Shown here: in pieces, positions 18,520 to 33,286 of the stretch
How positions within the stretch are numbered: the stretch's first letter is position 1
Layout of the letters: each line of letters starts with the position of its first letter
Assembly (NCBI GenBank): GCA_050084985.1
Contig: JBITNC010000001.1
Location: 164,238,001 to 164,302,000 of the forward strand
Length of the DNA: 64,000 bases
Direction: 5' to 3'
From: Nageia nagi
Lineage: Eukaryota > Plantae > Pinophyta
The notes under the pieces: generated by a model
Told to the model about the DNA's origin: nothing
Database searches by the model: none
The model's input: only the letters and a program-made list of their open reading frames with translations
Program-made: the position numbers and the translations under genes

Positions 18520-21500
18520 TTATAGGAAATAATCTGAAATTGGTAACTGCGTTGTGATTTCAGTAAAATTCCTATTCAATCTACGCAATTCCTGCACGTG
18601 AGGTTCATCATCTTCCACTGGAATTATTTTTGCAAACTGTCCTTCACCAAAGTAGTCAACCACTCTGTTGGCAGCTTCTAGTCCAGTCACATATGCTTTT
18701 TCCTACAACAATTTACAAGTATGTTGTTAGGTGAAGGGTACATCTCACATATAGCATAATAATAATAGTAGTAGTAGTAGTAGAGGCTACGTTACAAGAG
18801 GAAATGCAGTTCTACCTGAGACCAAGAACCATGTCGAGTAATAATCCAATCACCAGCCATAAATAAATTTGGAATGCTTGTACTTCCCCGCATCATATAT
18901 TGATAGGAACCTGAAATACAAGGTTGCCAATTGATAGCCAAAATGTTTAGTCCTTCAATTTAAAAGTCTATATTGCTTTATATAGGCCAAACCACAAAAT
19001 ATTCATAGTTATAGGGTGCAACCTATATTCCTTCAATGACAATGGGCCATTTATGATGACCCATTGATGATATATGCTAGAATATCAGCATTCATATAAC
19101 TTACGATACTCTAGATTATCATTCTGGTCTCAAGTCTGCTAATCTGATTCTATGGCAGGAATAACAGTAATCCCAACAATCATATATATACAGTTCCTTA
19201 CCAAAAATGATTTGATCTATTAGTTCTTGTGTTTTCCATCTTCCAATCATCTTGAGTTTGTAACAGGTATTAATATATGGTATTTATGAACAGATGAACT
19301 TTGCCAGCTCTTCTATTCCTGTATTTAGCATTGGATAGCCTAATCACAATCCAAATGTGAGGTCTCCAATCCTCAACCATGGACCAAACGTAGAATGACG
19401 GTTTCCATGATGAATGATCAACCTTGAACTAAATCTCTCCAATGTGCTTAAGTTCAAACATATCACTTTCTACATACATTATATCTTTACGTTAACATGT
19501 TCACCATTGAGTTCCCAGACGATAGATTTATTCAAGGTGCTGAAGATTATATCTTTACAAGTTGGTGTCATGCTTGTAGTGGATGAAACTGTGAGATCAA
19601 TAATATAAACATGCTTGTAGTTTCAGCTTCAGTTCTGCAAGTTTACTCTTCAACCCACTCAAAATTGTGGTTTGCAAAACCTCTACAGATTCATGGCAAT
19701 TCTACAAAGTTGTTTCATGGCATCTCTCTTGGTTGACACCATCTCAGCTTTGACATCACACATTTAAGTTCAGTAGAAGTGGAATTGCAGCTGTGAACAA
19801 ATTAAAAAAAAAAGCCTATCTAGTGAACAAATTAAAAAAAAAAAAAACTATCTATCTAAACATTTTAGTTGCTCTCCATGTGGATTTGAAACTCCAACAG
19901 TTTGCTTCAATAGGGATCTAAGTCTACAAGTTAATGTGCATGGTAGTTGCATTCTAATCTAGACAGTTTACAGATTCTACAAGAGGATTGATAAGGCTTT
20001 TCTCATAAGGAGTTGAAACTCCCAAAAATTTCCAGTAATTTGAATGGAAAGCATACAAGTGCATCCTCCTCTGAGAATAGGAAAATGGATGTGGCCGAAT
20101 GATGTAGATTTCATTTGCTTTTCAAAGTAATCTCATGCTATCAAGTGTAGCAGCTTCTTGTAGATCATCTTGCTACAAGATTATTCCAAATTGAATATGA
20201 AGGTTGGTGAACCAGGCAAATAATCTGCTCTTGCTCGGCTAGGTTCTAGTAATTTTTGCTAAAGAAGTATTTGGCCTGACCAAGATCAATCTTGCCCTAA
20301 AAGCCATTGATATTTCTTTTAAGTTCTGAGTAAGAGCCAATTATTGACAGAAATGTTCAACAGGGGAGTCAGTGGTCTATTGGCAAGGTAACTTAATATT
20401 ATGGCATACAAGGATGTTTTGAAAGCAGCAGCAAACAGTGTATTTCAGGTCACTAGCATACAACGTTCATGTGAGGTGGCTTGACAGATGAACTACTGTT
20501 CTAAGAAACTCATGAAGGCATGCTGATGTAGCTATCAAGAGCTCCTGGACCTGCTACTGTGCTAGATGGCCTGAAAGAGGATATATCTCACATGTAATCA
20601 GAAGTTTTTTTGGCGACTTAACGATCATCTCTACCTTTTGGAAAGTCTCTACTAGTCTACTTTCATGATAGATCAATATAGCGATCCTTCATTGCTTAGG
20701 GAAATCTCTTTCTTTCATGTTACATGAATTTGACATGGATATTTCTGATGATGCAGAAATTGATGTTCTGGCAGATTGTCTGAAAAGATGAGTTTCCATT
20801 TAACATTTCCTGCAATGCATGCCTTTGGAAAAAACAATCTACAAGTGGTATGTGGATAACTAAGAATTTTGGGGTTGGAAAGTTGAAACCCCTTGGGCAA
20901 AGGGTATATTTCCATTTTTCTAGGAAAGTCAGAAGCAACTCAAGGCGTATACCACAATGATGGTGGTGTGCTTGCTTATGCTTGGCCATCGGAAAAGAAA
21001 CTTAATCCAAAAGGTTCCTTTAACACTAAATACCCCTTATGGATTGCCCTTAAACTTTCATGCTACAAGGAAGAAAATAGTACATTGGTTTTTGGGTGGC
21101 TTGTGGAGCATTCAAGAGTCATTCTTATACTCTGCTATAAATACCATGTATGCATTTATACTGAAATTTCAAGGTAACTCCTTTCTGAAATTTGCCTCAC
21201 GTAAAACTGTTTCTTTTATAAATTTATTACTATTCACCTCACTCTTTAGAGATTGTCCATTCTACAATAAAGAAATGGAAAACTATGTTGTAGCTCTCAA
21301 TGAAGGTTCCAATCATGGAATGAAAACTCATGAGTAATTGCGATTAATCTCCGAGTTGAATGTAAAGTAGAATCGCCTGAAAATTGCAAAAAATTGCATA
21401 TTTTGGAATATTCGATTTTTGCCAACTAATCACTTAGGCAGTTAATCGCCGAAGCGCACGTCTTGACCCGATTGTTTGAGATTCGATGCAAAATCTGAAA

Positions 21501-24500
21501 TACGATCAAGACTGGTATTTAACTTAAGTTTTTCTTGGTCTTGGGAAGAATTTTCTTCTCCGAACAAAGTAGAATCCCATCAACAAAATGATTTTCTTCA
21601 ACTCGTGGAACGCCAAACCCGTCTCCTTTGATGAATTGAGGGTCATTTTGATGAGATGTAAGTTAGCTTCTATGACTTCCTCCATGCTGCCTAACTGAGT
21701 CTGCATCGCTTTCAAATTTTGAGCATACCCCCTTTAATTCTTCGTTTTTTTCACTGTAGGAGTCTCAGCCTTCACTAGCGACTTCACCTTCTCCTTCTTG
21801 GGTAGAATCCCCATAATTCTTCATGGTGCTGCTGGTGGCTAGGCCAATTTGAGTGCCTGTTATCTTCCTTTTGGACCAACGATGAGTTGAGTCCCTGACC
21901 AACTCCTTTCCTTTAGAGGACAAATCCTTAAGAGTGGCGGGTTCCCTTCTTGTTGCTCCCAGAGGCAGAGGCGATCTCCCCTTTCAACATGTCAGAAAAT
22001 GAGGGATCCATCTCTTCCTCCACAGGCTCCTCTTCTTTGTCAAGCTCCTTTATCTTCACTAGAAGCATTTGAGTCAAGGTTCGAAGACGCTTTCTTAAAC
22101 GGCTGTGTTGAGGGTGAAGGAGCCTTTGATTCAAACTCCGACTGACTTGAAGATGAATCTGAGAGACTTCCCCGAAGTAACATTTGCTTCAGCCACCGCA
22201 TGCTTAGCTTCCATATACTGAAACAACAGTGAGGAGTCTTGCATGGTTGGGCGTTGCGAGCTTTCCTTTCTGAACTGAAAGTATTGATGTTTCCACTAAT
22301 TTGAACAAAAACAGAGGAATGCTCATGATTTGGTTACCTTGAAAATGGTTGACAAGAGCCACGTGAAAGCTCTAATGTTTTATAGCAGAGTGGTGCACCC
22401 CCTGGCGATCTTCCTTCATGCATAATATGCAAAGCGCTCACATGCATTGGTGCAACAAGGTGTCGCAAGGGGGCCTGCTATTCCCTTGCTCGGGAGTCTA
22501 ATGGTGGTAGCCCCCAACTGAAATTTTTAGTCATACAATTGTACAATTGGACCATATGACAGTAACAATAAACACAGTTACCAATAGACACAATTATTAA
22601 TAGATGTGGATATTAATAGATTCTATCTTTAGATAGGCCATTCTAAGATATATCACTGTTCTTTAAAAGGGAATGAACCTTGCTGTTGTAGTGTGTAAAA
22701 GTGTAAGAGTTCATTCAAAATAATACAAGAATCGAAGCTGCCATTCCCCTGTGATTTTTCCCTACACACAACAGGGTTTCAAAGTAGAATCCCTCATGTT
22801 ATTTCTGTTTATTATTTCTGCTATTGTTTTCAGCTTGCTTGCTTGATATTTTCAAACAATAGGTCTACGTAAAAGATCAGCACTAGAGTTACAATATGGA
22901 GAGATTCTTATGTTGAATTCCACAAATGTGATCCTAAGGGGAGTAAATTAAGTAAGAGTCAAGAGGTTGAAAGTTGAAACCCCAAAAGAGCTTGATCAAG
23001 GACCTAGATACAAGAGGTAGACATGTAAAGAAAGAGCCAGAGAATCTTAAGGTGACTTGATTCATAAGCCATGATCCATAAGCTTTGTTACCAAATACTA
23101 TAAGCAAAGAAGAATCACATACGAAAGAGAGAGTGGGGGGAGGGAGAAGATTGTTAAACTGTATATGTTTTATACTCATTTATATTATGTATGTACAAAC
23201 ATTATGATGATGTACAAAGAAGCTTTTTGAAGAGAAGAAAGATATACATGAAAGCTTCTTAGTGAAGAAAGATTCTAGATGATCTACATAAAGACATATA
23301 CAAATCATATATAGATAACTCATAACATACAACTAAATACAATAATTAATAAATTATAATCTGTCCATGTAACTACGATTATCCTAATAGACATTTGATT
23401 GATTCTCACCATTGGTTTATCTCTTCCGTTAAAGGGTTGATCTTGTCTTTTCTGAATTTTTTTTTATAATCCTGGCTCAATTCACTTTGTTGTCTTCAAA
23501 ACAAAAAAAACTCCTTATCCCAATAGCTTTATAATCCACATTTTATCAACTAAAAGAATACGTCAATCATCATAATTATTTGTTATTCAAAGAAACTTTC
23601 CCTTCATTATATTGCATTTATTGTAGACCACGGTATTTCCAGTATCCTAAAAAAACCACAATAAGAACTATCATATGAAATATTTGTTCCAAACAAAGTT
23701 CACAGTTTAGTGCAACAAGTGAACTGTTTGCCATTTACTAGGTGTTCAGAAATGACAAAAATGCTAAACTCTTATGTCCCACATTTGAAATATAGAAAAG
23801 TGTACACGCCTGAATATGATTGAGCATATAAAAATTTCTTACCTGGGGAGAAGTGAGTCACGGATTTAGGAAAGCGAACAACTGCTTGATCTACCACATT
23901 AGCCTCTCCAAATTCTTTGATGCATTTTGTTAGGTAATCCTTGACCTTTTGCACAATCTCTTCATCTTGAAGTGGCAAAAATTGATTTGCATGATACTGC
24001 AATGTAAATAGAGAATACAGAACCGCTTAAATAGAAACTAACCAAATATAGTAGTGTTAAAAAGAGCTATGGTAGAGTTCAGAAAGAGCTTATTCTCATC
24101 ATATTAACATGAAAATAATTTGATCAGAACTGGAATGCCCGACTCTATAGATACTTACAAAGTCAGCTTCTACAACGGTTCCAGGTTCATCTTTATACTC
24201 ATCATGCAAAGCATTCAAATCAAAGAAAGTCCAGCCAGTTGAATTGTCAAAACCAAAGCAAGCATTGCTTGGCCTTGGAATATTCACCTGTATTTGGGTA
24301 GAAATCAATTAGCTATATTTCTTACATTGAGAGGGGGATCAAGATCAGAATTAAGGTTGAGTTTGCCAAGCAAAATTGAGTTTTGGTGGCATGAACTCAC
24401 CTTTCTGTCAAACCACAACCTTACGGCAAGCACATCAATTGCCCCCAAGTTTAAGACATTCAGAAATTCATCCCGTGTTTGCAACAATGGACTACATGAT

Positions 24501-27500
24501 TTGAATAATCTTATCAGGCACAGAGGACATAGAGTCCAAACTACAACAGTTCCTGTACTAGAACACTCAACGATAGCAGAGGAGTATTCTATCAATTGAA
24601 CTACAAAGAAACTTAAATTTCTAGAACTATCATACAGATCGATTCTATTTGACACACTTCTATGAAATAAGGCCTTGTATGGCTCCCGAACAATAAGATC
24701 AAACGGGTCATTGGAATTTTTAAAAAGCCCTGCTTGCCAGTTTATTAAGTGTATTTAAATGCAAAAAAGGAATGATTTCATGGACCTTTCTCTCTGCAGA
24801 AAATAAAAGCATAAGGAATGCACACAGACATTAGAGTTTTCTTCAAAAAACCCTATCAATAATCAGTAAAATGAAACTATCCACTGGAAACTACAAACCA
24901 AATCAATCACTTCAAAACAGACCTGTTGAAAATTATTCGTTGTAGAGCAGAAATGCCAACTGCTAATATGACTGCATCAGCTGGAATTAATTCATCTCCA
25001 CATGCAACTGCTGATATTGTTCCGGTATTGTTGTCCAGCACAAAATCAGTCACCCTTTTATTTGCAAGAAATTGACAGCCTTGGGTTTTCATGTACTCAA
25101 TCCAAGGTTTAAATATTTTCTCCCCAACAGTTCCACGACACCAGACCACATCAAAATCTTGCTGACAAGTGTATCATTCTCAACAGTTCAGAAAATCAAG
25201 AAAAAATAAACATAAGCATTGTCAGGAATACATGGTTCCATTCAAAATGAACCTCTATGAAAACTTGGATATGAAAATTTCAGCAATTGTGAGAACTAAT
25301 TAAAACAGTTAAAGAAAGGCAACAATAATTATATATTAACCGTTTAAAAAGAGTTCGAAAACTCAAAAAAATTCACTTGATTCAGTTCTTTATACAGTAT
25401 TCCATGTGTAATTTTCTATAACAGAGGAGACTCAAATGAGAAGGAACATTGTACCTGGTGGGCAAGGATGAAATAATACAGCATTCCCAATGTAGCTGCA
25501 CCACTACATTGTTCTCCTGGAGCAAACAATCCAACTAAAAGCATTGGATTGAAAGCATCCTCATAAACTCTTTTTGAGCAGCCAAACTGTTTGAATAGTT
25601 CCCTTGCTGTCACTGGCAGAATGAATATTTTGAATAAAGTTCTTCTCATATAAAGAGAAAATTTGGACTTTCATTTATTACTCATTGTTTCCAACAGTAA
25701 GGGATCAAACTGAAGAATGATGCCATACAAATTATGCCATAGGTACTCACGGTTGTCATACTTTTTCCATGCGTTGTCGGTGTTGTCAAAGTCAATCACT
25801 GAGATACAAAAGAATAGTCTCATCGGTTAAATAATTTTAGCATTTGGCAATGTTGAAATGAAGGCATATATTATAGATGGCAAAAAAAATGAGAATTATA
25901 ATAATATTGCAAAAAAATAAACATGATAGACTTAAGTTGCATTATCATATCTCACCTGCATACATAAGTGGCAGTGAGGTCAGACGGTCAGCCAATGGCA
26001 GCAGATTGAACTGTATTTTACAAAGAGCAGTCAGGGACAGATATGCTTTCTAAGTTTCTAGTAATCTAGGATGGAAAATAAACTTGAATAAAAAAGTGAC
26101 CTGCGTATAAACAAAGGTGCCCAAAGGACTTGGTAATCGAGGAAGGTCTTGAAATATTGGGGATTCAACCTGCAACAGTCCGAAGTGCAGTCAGACAACA
26201 AAACTTTTCAGGACACCTCAGACTTCTTAAAGCCCATTTTGCATATTTACTGCAGAAGTATGGCAGTCAGCAAGTTAGTCCAAGTTCTTAATTTAACTAC
26301 TCCAAAATAAAACGTCTCCAATTAAAGATCCAAAAATCACACCTCTAGTCCCTTTGGGGAATATTGAGAAGAGCGTGTCCAATTTGTAAAAGGCTGAATA
26401 CCAAGCTCGTCAGTGAGAGAAAATATATTACGGTACGGATACCAGAAGCCTGCAGAAAATATTTCTGTAACCAACTTATGCTCATATTTATCAACAAAAA
26501 TCTGAATCATTATATATATAAATGCATTACAAGAAAAGCTATAATTTGACTCAAATAATGATGCAGATATATAAAGATTGCTCCTTGGCCTTGATTATGG
26601 AAATGAAATTTGAAAGAACGATACTATAACTTCAAATTAGAAGATAAAGATTCCTTTAGTTGCTAATATCGCATTGAGAATTAGAAAATGAATAAACACT
26701 TCTGAAGGCTATATTACATAGAATGGAGGGAACATTCACATTAAAAAAGAATGAGGATATTGATCTCTCTAGGAGGTCACACTATGTTTTGACAGAGTGG
26801 ATTACTGATGTGATTCGGAAAAAAATGAAACAGGAAATGTTTTAGCAGATGTAAGTTATTGCCTTCAGGTTGAACATTTAGAGTGCACAGAAATTTTTTT
26901 GTGTAAGCTTAAGTTCATATAGGTTATCCTCGTATGAAATGAGAAAAATCTCTCCAAGAACAACCACTCATGGCTTGTAAAGTTGTGGGCTTCAATTCTG
27001 CAGTTCTTTAGCAGACCTACAGTGTCCACAAGATTTTTTGTAGATCATGCAACCTTAGCATTGTTAGTGGCCTTGTGGAATAGAAAGTGAAGAAGAGGGT
27101 ATTTTTCTTCTAGTTTTATGGATCACCAGGAAAAATATTTTCCTCGAGAACAAATACCAAAAGATGTCAAATAGAGAATCTTGCCTAAAATCAAGAACAT
27201 CACATGCCCGTTGCAACTTTGGAATTATGAGTATATGGTGGGTGATTATGTGTAGCTCATTTACTTATGTGCCATAAGAAAAGAATAATAGCTCCAAAAG
27301 GTGAGAAGAACCAATGAGGAATTGTTACCCTTCAGAATAATGCAACAATTGGTGTGTTGATGAAGCACCCATCATAATGCTTGATAGAAGAACTGCCAAG
27401 ATCAGAAATGTTCTATTGGTGCCTTGATTGAAAACAGAACCTTATCTCTGTCTCTGATATTGGAAAGAGTAACATGAGTGTGCTCTCCAAAAAGTAAATG

Positions 27501-30500
27501 CATTTTGCCAAGAACATCAAAGTGAGCTTGCAGTTTTTGTTAAACTTCATATAAAGCTCCAGAAGTTGTTAAGCTACTAAGAGTGGAAAACGTAAATCAA
27601 CAACATTGAATTTAGTATGAAGATTTACATCTGGTCTTTGAAAAATCAAAAAGCACTAGATATATCTCATCCATCTTCTCATGTGTAAGCATCATATGGA
27701 ACACTTCAAGAACAATGCTAATAGAGCCCATATCTATTAGAGTTAATGTATTCTGATATATGCAAGTCCAATGAATACATAACCACATAAAGTGGCAAAG
27801 TACTTGTTACTTTGATTGATGACTATTCCAAAAAGGTGTGGATATATCTTATAAAGAAGTCGTCTCAAGCACTTGCTACTATCAAGGAGTTTGAGGCTAT
27901 TGTACAAAATAAATTATGAAAAAAGGATCAAAACTAATGGAGGTGAGTATTCCATGGATGGTATTAGATAATAGCAACATTAGACATTATTTTATATCAA
28001 TAACATTATGCTAATAATTATGTATCTTTATATAAGGTAGCTATGAATTATCACATTTTATCATATGTATGAGACTATAAAACATACAAATTTCTTCATC
28101 CCCTCCCTCCCTCTCCCCCTCCTTGTTGATTCTTTATAGTATCAAAGTTTATTTATTGTTCTTATCTAAATCTACATTAAGTGTTTTATCTAATTGGGAT
28201 CTCACTTTTTATTTCTGTAGGAAGTTAAGCTAGATTTAGCGTAGGCCTTGTGTTTATTAACACTTAAGCATTTATTAATACTAAATCTACATGCTTAACT
28301 CTTATTGGTGTATAGTGCATACATAGATCGTTATATATTGGTGATTAACCAACAATTGAGATTATAAAATGTTGTTGTGTAATCCAACAGTTATGGTTAA
28401 GCCACATGGTTTGCTAGGAGTTCTTGTGCCCATTTAAAGGTCATTCCTAGCCAACATTGTAAATTTGTAATCATCTTGTGGATAACTTTGAACGCCCATT
28501 ATTATTTCAATATCCTTTAGGGCATAACCATTTGCCCCAATTTCTTGTCTCTTTAATATCTTCTTTGTGTGGAATGGTCAAGTTGTTCAAATCTTTGACA
28601 ATATTGCATAATTCTTCATGGTACCAGAGCTATTAGGATATTCCATTGACGATAGATTGAAGAGTTAGGTTTTCCTAAAAGAATTTGGAAGTGATTTCAT
28701 AATTTTCAAACTTTGGAATATTAGATTCAAAATCCATTTGGTGGAGTTGAAGAAAAAGGTGTTGAGAAACTATAGTCCAAATTTCAATTCATTCCAACAT
28801 GTAGATTGCAAGATATTACAAATAATATATTTTTGATAAATTTCAAAAATCAGGAGACCGGTGACAAATTTTATGAAATTGTTTGGTGGAGTTGAAGAAG
28901 AGGATTTGGCGATCTTATGGTCCAAATTTAAGCTCATTTAGACAATCAGATTGATAAATATCGTCAAAAGAAGTTTTTCAAGAAACTACAAAAATCAAGA
29001 AATTCATGACGAAGTTTGCAAAATTATTTGCAATTTTGGAATCCTTATTGGAGAAGTATTGGAAGAAATGAAGGACCTTCAAAAGGAGATAGATGCTTTG
29101 AATGGTAGATCTTCCAAGGGTGATTCTTCTAGTGGTGTTGTGATAGCAAGGACCTCTCATGAGGAGGTAAAATTTTGTTGTTTAGAACTTTTTCATCTAA
29201 TGAGGATTGGTGCATTGAATAAGGTGCTCCTCACCATATGACCATGAACAAGAGTTCATTTATGACTATGAGCATGGCAAGAATGGTGGTATGGTTGTCA
29301 AAACAACCAATTATGAGGATCTTTTCATTGTTGGAACTAGAGATGTGAAGCACAAAGATGGGTAGATGCAAAATGTCTTCTATGTACCAAGATTTGACAT
29401 CAATTTGCTATTTCATGTACCAATTGATTCAAGGAAGAAAGAAAGAGGAATTCTCCAAGGATAGAGTCTACATCAAGGATGTAAGGGACAACTTCAAACT
29501 CATTGCTATTGGAGTTGTTGATGAGGAATTGAAGCTATTCATTATTGTTCTCTATGTGGATGACTTGATTCTCACAAGAAATTCCCCCACGTATATCAAA
29601 GATATAAGACTAGGTTGAAAAATACTTCTAAGATGATAGGCCTTGGTTTGTTGAACTACTTTTTGGGCCTACGGGTATGGCAAATGAAGGATGGTATTTT
29701 TCGTTCACAACCTACATTTGCCTTATATCTTTTGAAGAAATTCAAGATGGAGGATTGTGATGTGGCTAAGACAAGTATGGCTTCTAGAGCGAAGCTTTCT
29801 AGGTCTACTCCAGATGATCCGACAATTGGTGCCTCTTTGTACCATGCACTAGAGGGTAGTTTGTTAAATTTAATCCATAATAGTCTGAACATTGCTTTTG
29901 CAGTTGGATATGTGACTAGGTACACGGCAGAACCACATCGAAGTCATTGGATAGAGACAAACAATGTTTTGAGGTACATCAAAGGGTCATTGGAAATGAG
30001 CATCATATATGAAAGAGAGGTAGCACACCCAAGTTGGTTAGGTACTTTGATTCCAATTATGGATATGATCAAGATGATAGAAGGTCTACCTAAGGGCACC
30101 TTTTTACTTTTGATGATGATCAAGTTGCATGGATAAGAAAGAAGAAAGGTGTATTGTCCGAGTCTTCTATAGAGGCTGAGTATTGGGCTTGTTCAATAGT
30201 TGGGCAACATTTTCAATGGTTGTGCCATATACTTGAGGAGCTTGGCTTTGAATATAAGGTACCTTATTGGACGTGAGTGGATAACTAGAGTAGCATTCAC
30301 ATGACCAGGAATCTAATTCTTCATTGATGGTCCAAGCCCATTGAGATTGACATGCATTGGATCCGTAAGCAAGTATAGAACGATGAGATTGATGTGCAGT
30401 ATATTTTGAAAAGGGATCAATTGGTGGACATCTTCACCAAACCATTACTTGAGGATGCTTTTCTTTTCTTGAGACAAATGATGGGATACATAAGGCTCCA

Positions 30501-33286
30501 AGGGAAGCTGCCATCAATGGATGATAACACCTTCACCTCTCTATTAGATATTGGTCCCCTAATTTTAACTTAAAGAAGGTTGTTGGATATTAAGCTAGAC
30601 TTAGTGTAAGCCTCGTGTTTATTAACACTTAAGCATTTATGAATACTAACGCCACATGTTTAACTTCTATTGGACATATGTGTGTTTACATAGATCATTC
30701 TATTGGTAATTAACCCATGGTTGAGATTCTATCCATGAAAGTTTAGGAGAATATTCCCATTGTGAAAGCACCTTTGGTTCAAATTCCGTTGTCCTCTGAT
30801 GACATGAACATCTTGCAACCATGACACTGCTCTAGACAACTCCTTGTTGACCTAGGAGCACCCTGCAAATATCCAACAACCAGACCTTCAAGTTTCTACA
30901 CCATACAAGCCAAAACTTTAACGTAGTCATTCTTTTCATATCAAAACACCTCCATACCACATTTGGAGGGCTTTAAGAAACCATTAATGAGGCCCAGACT
31001 GATCACAAATTTAAAATAGTAGATTGCTAAACATGCGCAGAACCTTTCTAGTCCACAAAATTGATGTTTGATGGAAAAAAGTGGTCCATTATGCATCAGC
31101 AAGCATATAAATTGACTCATAAAGCACATCATTGTACATGAGACAATAAGAATAATATGTGCTTGATGCAATCTTCCGCCAAAATAATTAGACGACCTCA
31201 GGTCACTATAATGTCTAAAGAACTTTTCTAGCTGAAAACAACGCATCAATTCATGCCCTCTGCTGACCATTTTTAAGGTTTGCTGTGTGCAGTTTTCGAC
31301 ACTTGAAAAATTGAAGTTTTTATTTTTTTAAATCCCAAAGCATATATATTTAGTGTAGACTGTTTCAGATTATATCTATTTGAGACCAATTTCTAGAAAG
31401 TTCAAGTTGAAGCAAATCTAAATTTTGGAATCCAAATAAACTATGCTTTTATCTACAGAGAGACGTTGTAGCCCTTCAGGTGGAAGACCCTTCTCAAGTG
31501 GAGGACCCTGCTAGCGATGGTGGTGCCAATACAGGCTAGGACCTCTTGTTGTATGATTCACAAGATCTGCAGAGATGGTGGGGCGACCCCTTGGACCGAG
31601 ATCCACAACCTTTTGCCACTATAGCTGCAGCAGCATAATTTTAATTGTGGATTAATCCGTTTTGCTATTTCAGCTATATAACCCTTGGGCCTTTGCATGG
31701 ACTTGGATGTGTTTTTCTATCCATCAGCTTATTTTTTGTGATTTAGTGTATGTGTTTTGTTTGTGATTAAACAAAGTTACCGGACTTTTTCGTAAAAAAT
31801 GGTGGTGGGGTTTGAAATTAAGATTGCTTAAATAAACTCTGTTGCAGTACTTGTAAGGAAAGCGATTAGAGAATGTTTTTATTCATGCGATCTGCAATGA
31901 CTTGATTTTGGCTAAGAGTATCCTAAACCTGAGATTATTGCTCACATGAAATTCTGTTCTCACCTTCTGTACAAGTTGGGAATGCCATATGGATTTGATA
32001 ATATCAAAATTCCATATGTGCTCTTTTGAGATTTATTTTTGCTGTTGTCATGTTCAAAAGCAAAGACATATTTATTAATTAGTGTCGGATATTGGTAAAG
32101 GAGAAAAACCTAGATTCTAAAGATGTTAGTTTCGCTTTCAGATTTCTACTTTCAGTTATATTGGCCAATTGCAGATTAAGACAGTAGAAGCTAAATTATA
32201 GCTGAACATCAAGTACCAAGAGGGACTGTGTCCTTTTTAGTGAAGTAAAGATTGTTGTTACCATGAATTCCAACCTCAACAGAGCGGCCTGATGAAGTCT
32301 TCCAACCAGCAACTAGACCCCCAGGTTGCTTACTAGCTTCAATAAGTGTCACATCAAATCCCTACAGTCAAAAAAGGCAATAGTCATAGCACTAGGTTTC
32401 CAAAGAATATATGATTACCAAGACTTCGCTTAAGAATCTCCAATGTTATTGGTTGTTTAAGAATGTAATGCAGAACCATTGCATTGCGAGTATCTTGCAA
32501 TTGCCCACTAAGAAAAGAACATAAACCAATGTTTACGTGTAATAACTGCACATCTTTTATGCCTCTTTAATGTGTTTGAAAATCCAATGGCTTCATTAAG
32601 TTCTGAAACGTTAAGTCCTGATGGGTAATTGCAAGACACTTGCTGCCCTGCTAAAGCCTAATACCCAGTTTGTAAATCTATGTAATCATGCAGAACAAGA
32701 ATTTTGTGGCCTTCTCTAGCTATTCGAGTAAAATGACCATTCATCTACATGGGTTTTAGGCAATGTGTTATGGACTTGTTTCTGATGTTTCTTCGTAATT
32801 TTGTCTGATTCACTAATCATAACAAAATATAATTGCTAAATCAATTTACAGAATTTGGAAGTTTATTCAAATGCCTACTATTTCTTTTTTCTTTCCTCAA
32901 ACATGAACATAATATAGAAGGCGTGTAACAGAGATAATGATGAAGTAATTAAGCAAGTTCAAGTGGACCTGTTTGGATAAATGGTGTGCACAACCAAGGC
33001 CAGCCCACCCAGCTCCCACTACCACAACCTTCTTTTTGCCACCATCACTTCCCTCTTCTTTTTCTTCTAGTTTTGGGTTTGCCTGGCATCTCACCAACCT
33101 CCTATACCTGATGATCGTTAGCCTGTTGCAGGCATTAGTTTTGAGTTTGTGTTTGAATTCCAATGCAGGGAAGTTGCTGATACGGATTCGGTGCATGTTA
33201 ACTGATGTGAATTCCATATCCTGATGAAGACGACGATGATATGGGCCAGTGGGTGTGGCAGGGATGACATCTGCCAACATGGCCAT
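18520..33286 (-). CDS. FAD-dependent oxidoreductase, amine-oxidase / carotenoid desaturase (ZDS/CrtU-like) superfamily, probable plastid transit peptide; 13 exons, 581 aa
   Basis: Minus-strand exons: 32969-33286, 32262-32361, 26343-26449, 26101-26169, 25956-26010, 25751-25798, 25455-25612, 24923-25161, 24401-24491, 24159-24287, 23843-23996, 18816-18910, 18520-18702. All introns are GT-AG and the joined 1746 nt are open. Motifs: Rossmann VVVVGAGWAGLGCAHHL, EAS...PGGLVAGW, EVGIHGFWYPY, and C-terminal NLFMAGDW...SQEKAYVTGLEAAN. The N-terminal extension ends in RRLVRCQA. Confidence 0.93.
20540..21010 (-). mobile_element. Decayed LINE ORF1 (DUF4283/zinc-knuckle) fragment in oxidoreductase intron 11
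   Basis: Translation gives MEIYPLPKGF and a degenerate knuckle ITCEIYPLSGHLAQ. It is heavily mutated. Confidence 0.45.
27100..27950 (+). mobile_element. Decayed Ty1/copia gag-protease-integrase fragment
   Basis: Translation gives NLISVS, LIDDYSKKVWIYLIKK and TNGGEY integrase motifs with frameshifts. Confidence 0.65.
28216..30730 (+). mobile_element. Internally deleted Ty1/copia element in oxidoreductase intron 2
   Basis: 5' LTR at 28216-28618 (TG...CA) and PBS TGGTACCAGAGC at 28619-28630. RT VLYVDDLIL and YFLGLRVWQ plus RNase H remnants run to ~30480. A truncated 3' LTR from 30581 matches 28216-28365. Confidence 0.85.

Noticed and set aside
21520-23400. Acidic/basic ORF fragments and LTR-like pieces in oxidoreductase intron 11 as a nested gene
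   Set aside because: They are broken by stops and resemble decayed retroelement accessory ORF and LTR sequence; the boundaries could not be supported.
32973-33224. Plus-strand ORF over oxidoreductase exon 1, and similar shadow ORFs over the Copia pol
   Set aside because: These are antisense or off-frame shadows of real coding sequence.
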